Source: Phoronis australis
Taxonomy: Eukaryota > Animalia > Phoronida
DNA: 64,000 bases
Reading direction: 5' to 3'
NCBI GenBank assembly: GCA_002633005.1
Contig: NMRA01000414.1
Location: 186,001 to 250,000, forward strand
Both the position numbers and the translations under genes were made by a program. The notes below the pieces were generated by a model. The model saw only the letters and a list, made by a program, of their open reading frames with translations. It had not been told where the DNA came from and made no database searches. Positions 1 to 12,478 of this stretch are shown in pieces. Every line of letters begins with the position of its first letter. Position 1 is the stretch's first letter.

Positions 1-3000
1 TGCCTGCTCATTCTGGGGGTGAATGTACGAAAAATTGCTTCTTTGAACATTCTTTCAGTTCAATTAGATTCTCTAAAAGCGATAATTGAAAACTTTTATC
101 CCTTTTTTCTATTTGTGATTTATTGTTGACCGTGTCCTGAATATATTGATGAAAAGCGAATCTTTGTAAAATTGAATGCGATTCAACGACGCCAATATTT
201 ACCAATATCCTACTACTGACCACTGTTTCTTCATCAACAGTAATAAGCATATGTTGTTCTTAAAACGTTAGCACCTGCAGCCCTTTTATTAAAATTTCAA
301 TGCAGTGATGAAATATTAAGATATGGTTTCCATTCCTAAATCGAGACGTATGTTTCACACTTGTGAGCGTAAATCATTAAGTGAAACATTGTCTCAGGCT
401 TCAGTGAATGTCTAAAACGGTTATTTAGGTTTGTTTTCACGACGTGCTTAAATCCTACGAAAATCACCATGGCGATACCGAAAAAATGAAAGCTTGTTAG
501 GTAATCAAGACACTATTTAGTTTTTACCCGGATGCCATTCACGTTATTTCTGTGCAGTCAAAAGGCACGGTTATGTAGTTTCCTTGTCTTTCTCCGGTTT
601 TAATCTGGTATAAATTCAGCTGGTGTTTGCATTGCGAGTTTTATTTATTCCGATGAATGAGATTACGCGTGGAACTGGCGAACAAATAGAGCCGTGTCAG
701 TTTGCGTTGATAAAAATTACCATAATTGACCATAACGAGCGGATCCGTTATAACACAAAGGAAGAACCACATGGCCGTTCATGTCGTATGGTGAAGGCCA
801 TAAGTCATCGTTCGCTGATGAAATAATAACACTGCTGCTTAAAAATGATAGTAATGACTTACGACATATTTACTAATTAAAGTTCAAAGGTTGAATCCAC
901 ACCTGTCTGACTGGTTGTGAAAATCTTTCGAGTCAAATTATGAGGGTAGGAAGCTATTCGTGTTTCGTCAATTCATATATTTACAATGGGACTTCAGCCT
1001 GGTAATAGATGCCGCATGCGTCCCATGTGTAATTAAATGGGGTTTTCCAGCTGTCACAATAAAAAAATTAAATTCCTTCCCGCGCCTGTCGTTCCCCTGT
1101 CTCATCTCCTGTTGAGGAGCGAGACTTTTTAAAAAAAGGAAAGGTGTATCTGGAATTATGTTGACGCCACAAGACACGAAGAGTCATTATTTTGATTTAT
1201 GTGCATCGTTATAAGTCTGACGAAGACGCATTTGACAATTTGAGACATCAACAGCGACGCAGTTATAACTAGGGCAGTATAGAGCGACAGGTACAAAAAT
1301 AATCTGGTACGGCGTTTCGATGGAATGGAGCAAAGTTGGTGATCACTAGATAAAAATGGAAAATTATTTAACACCTAAAATTTTGTGTTAATTTTGAATT
1401 CGAGAAGTCCGACTTTTGTTTATTGACTAACACGTGGATTTCTGAAAACAGAATGAACTTCGTTGTAAAATTCTAACTTGTAGGTACACGTGCCTAAATC
1501 AACGTAAACTTTTGATGGTAACTGCAGCAGGGTTCCCCCGAGTGTAAACTTCTGGGCGGCCCGCCACTCTCCTTTTTGGCCCCGCCACTCTTAAATCATA
1601 CTCAAATTGACTGCCACACACCTAATCGCAAGTTGTGTGCTCCTTTCATACCACACAGTCTCACCATCTTCTTGTAAATTTTAATAATAGCGATTTCGTC
1701 CGCGTAGATGCTATTTCGGGCGATGTTGACAAGAACGCAAGCGTGACGACGTTTGCGGTTACATTGCAATATATCATACAAAAGGCGACATCTGCTGAAT
1801 AGAGGTTAAGTGACGGCATTGTGACTTCCTGACACGTTCGTTTAATCAGTTCGCTTGAACACATCTCGGGAATGACGGATCACAGGAAGCATCTTGATAT
1901 TTTCAAGATGACAAACTTTGCTATAGCCAGGGCGTATGGGAAAGAGCGCATATTATCGCTTCAGCGCCATGGTTCTCGTTGACGCAATACACACTTTGTT
2001 AGCTTGTTCGATATTTAATAACTTCGTGCCACATGCAAGATAGGATATCAGGAATATAAGAACGCGCAGTTGCTATCGCGGCTTGAGTGAGATATAGTTA
2101 GAGTACTGAAAATATCAAGATGATAACGAGTTTCTCCATCGAACGTGATGTTGCAGTCTGGTAATTTACCACGACACAGTAGGCGATTGTACGAATAGGT
2201 GCATACAATACACACGGTAAAATGCAGTTTCGACACATTGGGTTTTGCCACAACCAACGATGCATACATATAGGGTATACTATTCGCCGGCCAAAACAGC
2301 AAACTACATGACATTGGTAGATAGGAACACCTTTACGTTATTTTGATAGGTTGTCCGTAAACGATTTGCCATATCTTTACGGAGTCGTTTAAATGGTCTA
2401 ATTGGCCCTCGATAATTATTTGGTTGCAGACATGGTTTTGATTAGCACCTGTGCTCCCGAGACGCGTCTCTTCTGCATCCGAAGGCAGTGAAACATGATG
2501 AAACTAAACACCTGTAACGGGGCTCAATGAAAAGGATTTCGTTCATTTCCGGACATGAAAATTGGACTCTGTAAACCGTCATTGGCTTTGATGGTTCCTA
2601 TGCAGAGTGGAACGAAGTGGAAGCCATTCTGAAAAGTGGTCACCATATGTAAACAACGAGTTGGATTTGTGATTGAACTTCCAACTATTGTGCACTGTGC
2701 AGTGTAAAGGGCTTCGTGCCCGAGAAGCCTTACTATTGAAACCTTTCTGCGATGTTATTCATTACAGGCGAATTATGCACGAATGTTTACAGTGATAAAC
2801 TCGGCTTTAGAAAACCGACGTAGAGTTATGCTGCTGGACATAAGCGCCTGTTTGGTCAGAAAATTCAATAGAGAGGTGTTCAAAAATATTGACACCACTT
2901 TCAGTTCTAACGGAGGAATTTCTACACGGTCGATGTTCAATATCTTAGTCGATATCTGAAAGAGCAGAAATGGTCCCAACATCGAATTTTGACACGTAAA

Positions 3001-4176
3001 ACAAAGGACATCGATATCAGAGCTAACTGGCGATGATTTCGTGATCAGTACATTGGAGACAAAAGGTTCTAATCGGGAAAACGTGTCTAACATGAGACAT
3101 ACTATAATAATCTAATTACGCAACACATATCAGTCTCATCAAGCGCTGCAGGATACCAAAGCAGTATATGGGCTACGTGTGTATTCGGATAACATAATTA
3201 GCCGAGTCCGGATTAATGTTATCATGCATAATACAAAACACAGCGGGTGTTTGTCAGCACCGTTCGATTCTGCTGCGAGATTAAAAATTTACTCTCAGAA
3301 GTCAATTATCATATTCAACAAACAATCGTGGTCTTCCCACTCACAAGGGGAGAACAAAATTATAATTATAGTCAAAGAATCACACGCCATGCCCGGGAGG
3401 TACCTAGGAATGTCAATTGCCTTAACGGCACTTACCAAATACAACACTAAAGTGCAAGAGCCCAAGGCCGAAAGGGTTGGATTTCGCATGGGTTAATGTA
3501 GAGCTAACGAGTTCGACTCACACTTTACTCGTAAGAAAAGAATTCCCAAACGCAAACGGCAGGATAATGTTCGTTTTGTGCCCTCAGGCAGCTCTTGCAA
3601 GCTTACCTTCCAGTTTAGTATAAAAATAAGTTCGTATTACAACAATCTTTTGTATTCAACTTTCACGATAATTTACAACTTGAGCTTTAAAAATATAAAT
3701 ATTTATCGCAGAGTGATACAAAAATATAATTGTTTTCTTCGAGAGATTGTATGTACTCAACTTGACCGACTGTTTTACAAAAACAGTGCAAAAAGACGAT
3801 GTGGATAAGTAATGAATTAGCACTTCATCAGTGCAATCAACAAATGTAACATTCATAACCGTTTCACAACAAAATGACACCACCCTCTTGTTCATTTACA
3901 TAAGGACCAATGTCAGCCATCTCGTATTTTTCATTCCGTTTTCCCGATTGCAACGACGGGCATCCTTTACACTGCACGTAATCGTTCACACTCTCCTCAT
4001 AAACAGCTTAGTTATAGAAAAAGGTTGAACCCAATAAGAAACTGGACTGGATAGCCGACATTAACCCTTGTGCAAACTATTTAACAGATTTAACGTTCGT
4101 GCCACAACACGATCGTAGTCAACTGCGTGATAACAAAATGAACCATAAATCAGGCATATCTTGATAAAATGCCTAA

Positions 4177-5940
4177 TTAAACTACAGTTTCACTACCATG
4201 TTTAGAGCATTTTGATTTATCTCGACTTTGAGCAGAACGAACGGGTTGATAACGAAGGTTCACATGCTGCTTTCGAGGTTCCGGTTCCCGCCGAGTTGAG
4301 GTACGTGTCCTGAAGATTTTGGCACAAAAGTTTTTCCAGGAGGCTAGAGTTTTTGTAGACCATATCCACATGCAACTTGTTATTCCCACTACCAAGGACA
4401 TGAAAATTTTTAGCATAAAAATCTCGATATTCGGTGAAGCATTCCCTTGAACCGAATGCCAAGCTTTCCTATTTGCGTATTCGTAAAAATTGCACGCGAT
4501 AACACAGGTGGCGGGCACCGTATAAAGTACAGAGAATATGCCAATCCTCACCATGAGTACTTCCATTTTATCGGACTTTAATCCGTCGTTGCTCATCTGT
4601 TTCTTAACGCGAAACAACGCGATAAACCCCGCTAATAAGAACGCAGTGCCGATTAAGAAATAGGCACCCAATGGACCGATGACAAATCCCATCAGAAAGT
4701 CTTCACTTTGGTTCCCAACGTAACACAGTCCGGTCAACTCATCGCCGTCAACGTTTCTCATAACTAATATCACAATAGTTTGCACGGCGGGTATTGCCCA
4801 GGCCACCAGATGAAAATAGCTGCTATACAGCTGGATGGCGTCGTGGCCCCACTTGAGCCCCGCCGCCAACAGCCATGTTAGCGTCAGTACTACCCACCAC
4901 ATTGAGCTAGCAGTGCTGAAATAGTATAGTAACAAGAACACGATGGCGCAGTCCGTGTTTTCGAGGCCCTCCATAATAAGGATTCGTAGCCCACTCTGAG
5001 TGTCAGTATCACACGAAACGTGGTTGCGTCCAGCAATCAAGCGAACTATGTAACCAATACTGCAGATGTTATAGCACATGGCCAAGAAGATGATGGGTCG
5101 CTCGGGATATTTGAATCTGCCAGCGTCAATGAGAAATGTAAGTACGGTGAACAACGTAGAAGCGAAGCAGACGCTAGCCCACAGACACATCCAAATATCA
5201 GCGAAGTACTTGTCCGCTTGAGTAAAGATATCGTTGTGCCCGCATTTCAGAACACACCGATTGGTTCTGTTTATGTAAATATAGTTTTCCGAATTCCGTA
5301 CCGAACCACAATCTTTGTTGCCAGCTTGTGGCATTGGTATATCTACCTTCGGATCATAGGTCTTCTTGTCCTCTGGCCAGACGACTGTGGCGGGAATTGG
5401 TGGGGGACTTTTTACCTCAGGTTTCTGAGGTATTTTGGGGTCGGGTTCCGGTGCTGGGCCGTCCATACACATGTGTCCTGGTTGGTTTCGCAGAGGGAAT
5501 CTCGTGCAGTTGAGTCGTGCGGGCCATGTAAAGCCAAATTCCCGTAACACCGGTTCGCACTGACCGCGAACGTTGTCGCACATGGGTCGACAGGGTCCGA
5601 TCAGTTCTTTCACTTTGACCGTGCACATAGGAAGATAAACAGAACACAGGAAGAACTTTAACTGGCTGGCACACCCATACTGTAACAACGGGGTAAATGA
5701 CTGTAAAAGCAACAGCGCTTCCCCTTGACTGTCCTGCCCGAGGGGAGTGGGCATGCCAGTCATGTTATACCCCAGTCCTTTGCACATGTCTATCTCGATG
5801 GCTTCGCACGTTCGCACGACTTCCTCCGTAGCTCGCACGTCGTCGACTATGGTGAAGAGGAGAGCACAGGCGAATAATAAAAACACTAATCGTGGCTTGT
5901 TCCGGAACATTATGTTGATTGTAAAACGTATATAGTCCAT
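4177..5940 (-). CDS. FZD4: Frizzled-4-like Wnt receptor, single coding exon
   Basis: Signal peptide, 10-Cys CRD ([20 protein letters not shown]...[11 protein letters not shown]...PCRPMC...WPARLNC), seven TM segments with [12 protein letters not shown] and [10 protein letters not shown], KTxxxW Dishevelled motif (KTLASW), and C-terminal ETVV as in vertebrate FZD4. The ORF track starts at a TTG (5961); the first ATGs are at 5940 and 5910. Confidence 0.95.
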   Translation of the reverse strand: MDYIRFTINIMFRNKPRLVFLLFACALLFTIVDDVRATEEVVRTCEAIEIDMCKGLGYNMTGMPTPLGQDSQGEALLLLQSFTPLLQYGCASQLKFFLCSVYLPMCTVKVKELIGPCRPMCDNVRGQCEPVLREFGFTWPARLNCTRFPLRNQPGHMCMDGPAPEPDPKIPQKPEVKSPPPIPATVVWPEDKKTYDPKVDIPMPQAGNKDCGSVRNSENYIYINRTNRCVLKCGHNDIFTQADKYFADIWMCLWASVCFASTLFTVLTFLIDAGRFKYPERPIIFLAMCYNICSIGYIVRLIAGRNHVSCDTDTQSGLRILIMEGLENTDCAIVFLLLYYFSTASSMWWVVLTLTWLLAAGLKWGHDAIQLYSSYFHLVAWAIPAVQTIVILVMRNVDGDELTGLCYVGNQSEDFLMGFVIGPLGAYFLIGTAFLLAGFIALFRVKKQMSNDGLKSDKMEVLMVRIGIFSVLYTVPATCVIACNFYEYANRKAWHSVQGNASPNIEIFMLKIFMSLVVGITSCMWIWSTKTLASWKNFCAKIFRTRTSTRREPEPRKQHVNLRYQPVRSAQSRDKSKCSKHGSETVV

Positions 5941-6185
5941 AAAATGTCTAATACGTCCCAATTGTTTTATGACTCTGACGCGGGTTCTTCAACCATAACC
6001 ACACATAAGTGACGCACGTTTGAAAACATTTGAGCTAACCACCGGGTCAAAACATGACTTGGTTGGCGTGCCTCTCCCGAGCACTCGAGACGTAAAAACT
6101 AAAATGACCCATGCAGTCACTATATGTTAAATGGCTTTAGGAATAGTTGTTCCGCTAAACAAACATGTATGGTCGCTGTCTGCGA

Positions 6186-6200
6186 TAGCCAATCAGCGAA
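6186..6200. promoter_or_regulatory. CCAAT box (AGCCAATCAG) in the putative Frizzled promoter
   Basis: NF-Y consensus about 250 bp upstream of the Frizzled ATG in a CpG-containing stretch. Motif only. Confidence 0.35.
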
Positions 6201-9200
6201 CGAGAATAGCCCCGACGTTCCACCCACTGCGCTCTGATGGATTTGTTTAATGATAGACGAGCTGTCAATCTCCCTGGTTAAACACAACATCCATTGACTG
6301 AACTTATACCGAACGCACGATTTAAGCGGGAATGTACTCTCTCAGACTGCAGCGCACAACAGAGCCCAGTATTTGATATTTCTGTCAATTTACCGACTCG
6401 CAAGTCAAGATAATTGGAGAGACAACAACCAAGCTGTGTCTCATGGTTCTCGGCCTTCTGAAAGCCTCAAGCGCCTGTTAAGCCTTCTTAAAACACAATG
6501 TACCCGGCACTGGGCTAGGCTCTTAAACGGTTTGCATAAGTCCCGGCTATTACACGCTCCAATAGTTAGGTTTGAAAGAGAAAACGTCCCTTGACTAGGG
6601 CCATTGTTCGCACTTTTGTGAATGCCAAGAACTCAGAAGTTGAGGTATTTAGCGATAAAAGCACTGTAATGAGGGCTATTGGACGCAGGTCGCCAGTGAA
6701 AGCCGCGTTTAAGGAAAGTAACACCATAATTACTGCGCTATTCAAGTCGTTGTTATTTCTTATTGAAAATAACATTTGACTCGCACGGCTGGTTGATATG
6801 AGAATAGGAACTCAAACGATGGATTGTATTACGAATTACATAACCGGTACTTTTACCCAAGGATATAATAATTCAATTTTTAAATTTATAAAGACAGAAA
6901 GGCGTGGAATCTTTGTGTTAGATACCACATTAAGCAGCACTTAGGCAGTGACTGCTTACTAATATCCGAGCAGATAAAAAGCCTGGTTTATTTTGCATTT
7001 GTGATTGTTAGGGTTGTGTTAGAAGTAAAATTAAACATTTCCATTATACATTACTTTAAAACCTCCTACTTTGCAACACATGGAGATCTGACAAGAACGC
7101 TATGACCAGAAATGTAGTTATCGAATAAGTATACGAAAATGGTTATGGGGTTCTAAATCGAGCCACGTATCCATTATTTATACTATTTGGGTTACCGCGC
7201 GCCTAGAATCCCAATCATGAGCTTAGTTGTATTATAAACTGCTTATCGAAGAAATTAGTATTTAAACAACTTTGTATCGTCGGAAAGCGCTTGAGCTCAG
7301 AAATGACTGACTGAAGCGACAGAGTTACCAGGGTGAGATTAGCAAAAATTTAGGTTTAGCGGTTTTATTAGTTAATACAGGTGTTATCGTGTACTGAGTT
7401 CGCTGGTGTGTCGAAATTCCCGTGCTTCTTGGCTTTCTAAGTCGTCGAGTGTTACCTCAGCGTTGAACTCATGAAACTGAAAACTGACTTAAGTGTATGA
7501 CAGAAATCAGTTTCGTAGTATTTCTTGCCGTGCTTACTCAGTGCCTGTGGCTTCAGTTGCTCATTCGATCGGGAACATTTCAAGATTGGGTGTATGTGGT
7601 CATGCTCAAGGAGTTTGGTTAAGACGTTCAACACCGACAGCCTAACAGCGACGAAATGTCCCTTTAATACCCATACAAAAACAGTTGACAGGCGAATTTT
7701 GTCCTTTAAAGATACTGAATTTTTGTTTTAGAATTTCCGATTAGTTCTGAATTGTTTCATAATGAAACTAGACAAAATTTTACAAGATTTCACAAAGTTT
7801 TGACTTCTTCCACAAGCAAGTTATTGACATTTGATCCCCGTTGTTCAGACCGATTAAATTTTTCGTCGTAATTTTTGAAGAATGCAAGGACTTAGAGATT
7901 TGTGTACCCGTCTCAAAGATCATAACTAGTTTCGATGTATAGCATACGAAAGTTTCAGTTTAAATTTTAGCCGTCTTCATCGCCAAACTGTCGTCCAGGA
8001 TCGTCAAACTTATCTCATAGTAATCGTTCCATTTAGCCTGTCCAATGATCCGCGTTTTATGTTCGTATGATCTCGAAAGTTTATAGATGCTTTGATTTAT
8101 ATTCGAAGTCACAAGCGCCACCGACGGTGTTCATAAAAGAGTTCATTGTCGTTTATTAGTGATAGGGTGGCCGTAGTTTATTGTAATGTTGACCAGAGTT
8201 ATTGGACTAAGCCCGTTTAGTTGAGTAGTTTGCACGTCGAGCTTGAGCATGGGTTAAATCAAAGTTTTCTCGATATTGAGCAAAGTAAAAAGAAAAAACA
8301 GTTCTTTACTTAAGCGGCCAACGATACCCTCATTTCTATTATGTTACAGCTACAACGAAAAAAAAACCCTGTCCGTAAGCGGTCAAACGATACCTGCATT
8401 TGTATCATGTTACAGTTACGTGACATGAAAATTACTCGTAAAACAGTACGCCCGTTTAGACATCAATCACAACACTTGACACATTACGTTTAATTTATTG
8501 AAAGTTGGTGAATGAGATAATTTCCGGACCATTTTTATTTTTCGGTTTGCACAGCGCTTATAAAATCAGTGGTAACAACCGCTGGTGCAATTATTACAAT
8601 GTCTCAGTTGTTACCAGATCGCAATGGCACAATTTATTCATTATTATTTATTAAAAAAGAATTCCTCAATAGTTCTTCAATTGCTAGTATAACTATGACT
8701 CACATTTGACTCTTAAACTAATACCAACATTCCCCAAATGAAGTAAATGTTTTCAGACAAAAATGTGTTTTGATGAAATTTCGGAAGAATATACCCCGTC
8801 CTTTAATACCGGTTATTATTAATTTCTACGTGACGGAAAACTAAATTTAAGTATTAATCTATAAATGGGATGTTAGTTTAACTAATATCACAATTTACAA
8901 CCCTCGTCCGAGTTGTCACTCGTTATCACATTTTATGTTGCCAGGTACATCGTCCTATCTACGCTCTAAGATATCTTCAGAACATTATCTACCGCAGTAT
9001 GCAAAGGTTATCTAGTAATCCTAACCACACTGAAGTTGGCTGTTTACCCGTATAGACTTCGCGTTATCTTTAGAAGATAATTCACTGTGACACTTGATTG
9101 TAAAATTCTGTGTCGATTATATCAAATCATTCTCCACTGAGGTCAAAGTCATAGCAAAAGATGATATCAGGAGGTATCAACCAACTGAGGTCTTGTCTGA

Positions 9201-12200
9201 CCCAGAACCGACATTGTGTCGCACTTTATCAAAACACCATTAGGCGTACAACTAACAAATCTTTTAAAAACAGAATGCAACATTTTACACATCTGTGTTC
9301 TCCAGATTTTTATAGATCTTAATCTGAGACCTAAACAGACAAACATGTGAAGATGAATAAAGAAGAAATCGATCAGAAAATTTACTTGATGGAAGTATTA
9401 ACAAATATGCAGTAAAAATTTAAACATGTTTTTGCAGACATGCGCCAGAGGTCTATTTCGATTTTGCAATAACATGATTCTGCGGTTACTCAAGAATCAG
9501 CTGTTGTCTCGTTCACATACTAATTGTAATTGGGTAGTGAGAGTCATCTTTTGTCAAAAACGAAAACTGTGACCTCTTCTGTGATTAGAGGTAAATAAGT
9601 AGGTATCCTTTCTCGTCTGTAAACCTGGAAATATGGAACATCGCTTCGGTCGTCATAAACGGTTTTCAGGTACTCACCAAATACAACATGCTGCGTCACA
9701 TAAACACAGGGAGACACGACATAGTTATAGAATTTTTGTTACCGAAGTTATCGGGTTATTGCGACATTTAGGTCTCTTAACTTTTACAATGTAGACAATG
9801 ATGGAACATCCTGCCGCCGGACGATTTTCTGCACATTACACTTAACGCTGAGTCTGACCTAGGTTCCTAGGTTCCTAAATTATGAAAGTTACTACTATAT
9901 TATATATCTTTCTCGTGTAGATTGACATCGTTGGAGACAGTTTGAGTCTTTAAATCCTTCAAAATTAAACAAATACTCCCGCAATTATCAACAACAAAAT
10001 TGATTCCACTCAGTCCTTCATTTCGTTAGTCAACGGTTAGTGGAAATTGAAGACCAAACGCCATTGCAAATTGCAGGCAATACTTGAGGTCAAACAGATA
10101 TGTACAGGGAGTTGTGGGAGGCAAGCCGTCTGCTAGCGCTGAGCGGTGGCAGCAAAGACGAGGGACCTGTCTATTAACCATGTTAACAGGGTCAGGCACA
10201 TGGTCGGGAGCTTATTTCGATGTGTGAAAACAAAATAATGCCTCTCGTATACCAAGTAAAGAAAGGAGTGGTGCGTATGTGATTACCTGCTGCTCTGGTG
10301 AGGTTTGCAATATTGCCTCTACATAACACGAGCTGTGGGAATGTGGTGACTGGATTGACCCATGCTACTGGCTATCCTAGCTGGTAAATGTACAAGTCTC
10401 CCATTGCTCTTGAGTGGTGATTTCAAAACCTGACACAAAATCTATTTCTAGAACTAGAAGTCATTTTCTCTTGCCTTGCCGCATGTGACATGTTTAGTCT
10501 ACAGCAAGGTCAATTGACCTATCGCCAGGATTTTGATTGACGGCTTAACCGACCAATCAGAACTTTGTATTCTTGACTCACCTTCGTTTCTAAGCCATCA
10601 TTTTACGTGACAAACAACACGTTGCCGGGTAAAACTTATTGTTTGTTGACATTTCGCATGACGGCGGTCAGTTATGAAAGTTAAAACATGGTGTGTTTAA
10701 TATTGACATATACTTGAACATCTCTTTCACTAACAGTAGAACAACAAACATTTCGAAATAGTTCCGACAAGTCACAAAATCCCGGATGTGCGCAATGTTG
10801 TCTGCCATGACAAAACCAAACGGCCTCCTTGAATTCTGAGTTTTGTTTTGTTGAGACAATTGGTGCCTACTCACCACTAAAAAGCAATTCGGTATGATAC
10901 ATGGAGAGAAACATCCCCACAAGTTGGTCGGATATCAATTTCAGAGCGGTCAAGGCATATTTGAGAAGGAAATTCTAAGGAGACTGATGTTTTCGGTCCG
11001 TCCTATATGTTTCCAAAAAAAATAGTGAGATGACTGGTAGATGTGGGAAACAGTTATATACTGAGTCAAGTACCAGTGTACTGCACTTGACCATATTTTT
11101 GGAGGGGGGGGGCAGGGTTAGAGTTGGAAAATTAGGAAGCTCGTCACTCTGAAGAGTATGCTTGAAAAAGGAGTCTCATTTATAGGGAGCATAAACGGAA
11201 AAGTAACCCTTTCATGTTTCGGTCAGAAATACCATCATTTTATAGCGACCCATAACATAATCCTAACTGTGCTGTTGAGATTTTTTGACAGTTCCCTGAA
11301 GCAGTAAACAAAAAGATGTTGGGCAAAACAAGTTCATCTTTTGCTACATAAGTTTTAATAATAGATAACTCTTGCGATGAAAAAGAGCTTTTTCAGAGTT
11401 TTCAACTATCAAAGAGTACTCTTTTGTATGACGTTTTTTCAGAAAAGCCGCTCTTTTTACGGAAATTTCTTGAAAAAGGCATCCTTCAGTATGGAAATCG
11501 GCGGTGAAAAAGTCACACATCTGTACTGCACGTCCCATAACATGTTTTGTATGGGAGTAACTCCCGGTTATTTGATGCTTCGCCCATACGATGAAATTTA
11601 ATCCACTGATGTGGCAGTATTACTATAACTAAAATAATTTACTTGTTCATATCCAAAAACATGTCATCAGCATTGGTGTTTAATGGGAAGAAGAGGTGTT
11701 GTCAAAATAAAGTAAACAAACATTTACAGTACAATACAAAATTTATCTGACTAAATGGCGATTAATTTACAGCAAAAATGACTTGTAATAACTATATGGG
11801 TGGCAAAATTCTAATTGCAAAATGGCTTAGCAACCTTAATAACTTCCCTTTTAGTTAATGTTGATTCTCGATCATATGGGGCTACAATTCTGGTTATGAA
11901 TTTGGCTTCCCGCCAAGCTGTCTTAATAGTTAAATTTGGGTCATTTTTCTCTGTCAGAACACTTTAGCCTGTACTGTATGTCAAAAAATAATTTCAAGTC
12001 TTTAATTTAAATACAGTGAAATTTTGGTCTCTTTCGAACAAGGAAACTTCAAAAAATTAAGTATCAGTATTCGAATTAAAAGCAGATTTGAGAAATGAGT
12101 GCTCAGTTTTTAAGGAAATGATTAAAGTGAAGGAGTATTATGGTGTGTACAGATGGCTCATGTCAATGAAAGAATGTGTCGGATGTATGAGACTGACTGT

Positions 12201-12260
12201 TGAATTGGAATGTGGCTATTTCCAAAATTCCTTATTTCATTTGACTCGTACTTTTAACAG

Positions 12261-12478
12261 ATCGTTCGGATGGGGACCAGAATGATGGGAATTACAACAC
12301 ATACAGACGAGGTGGCTGGAGGGCACGTGGCCGGGGTGGTAGCGGTCGTGGACGAGGTGGTGGCGGTCGCGGACGAGGTGGTGGTGGTCGCCATCCAGAA
12401 GGACTGCGAGGCAAGGAGATTGGCCTGTGGTACGCTCGCCAGGGAGGGGCGAAAAAGAGAGAAAGTGAACGACTCGAG
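12261..12478 (+). CDS. DHX36: DHX36 exon encoding the RGG-rich region and RHAU-specific motif
   Basis: Translates as (D)[72 protein letters not shown], bounded by tttaacAG and GTagat. This frame is absent from the ORF track. Confidence 0.9.

Noticed and set aside
1528-1595. CAGGGTTCCCCCG start with repeated GGCCCGCCACTCT, like a hAT terminus
   Set aside because: No matching opposite terminus or TSD found; too little to call.
5020-5547. 175-aa ORF antisense to Frizzled (and similar antisense ORFs over the LRR gene and exons)
   Set aside because: Shadow ORFs of coding sequence with no motifs of their own.
8311-8420. Two diverged ~45-bp direct repeats
   Set aside because: Only two copies, with no structure or motif; ordinary local duplication.
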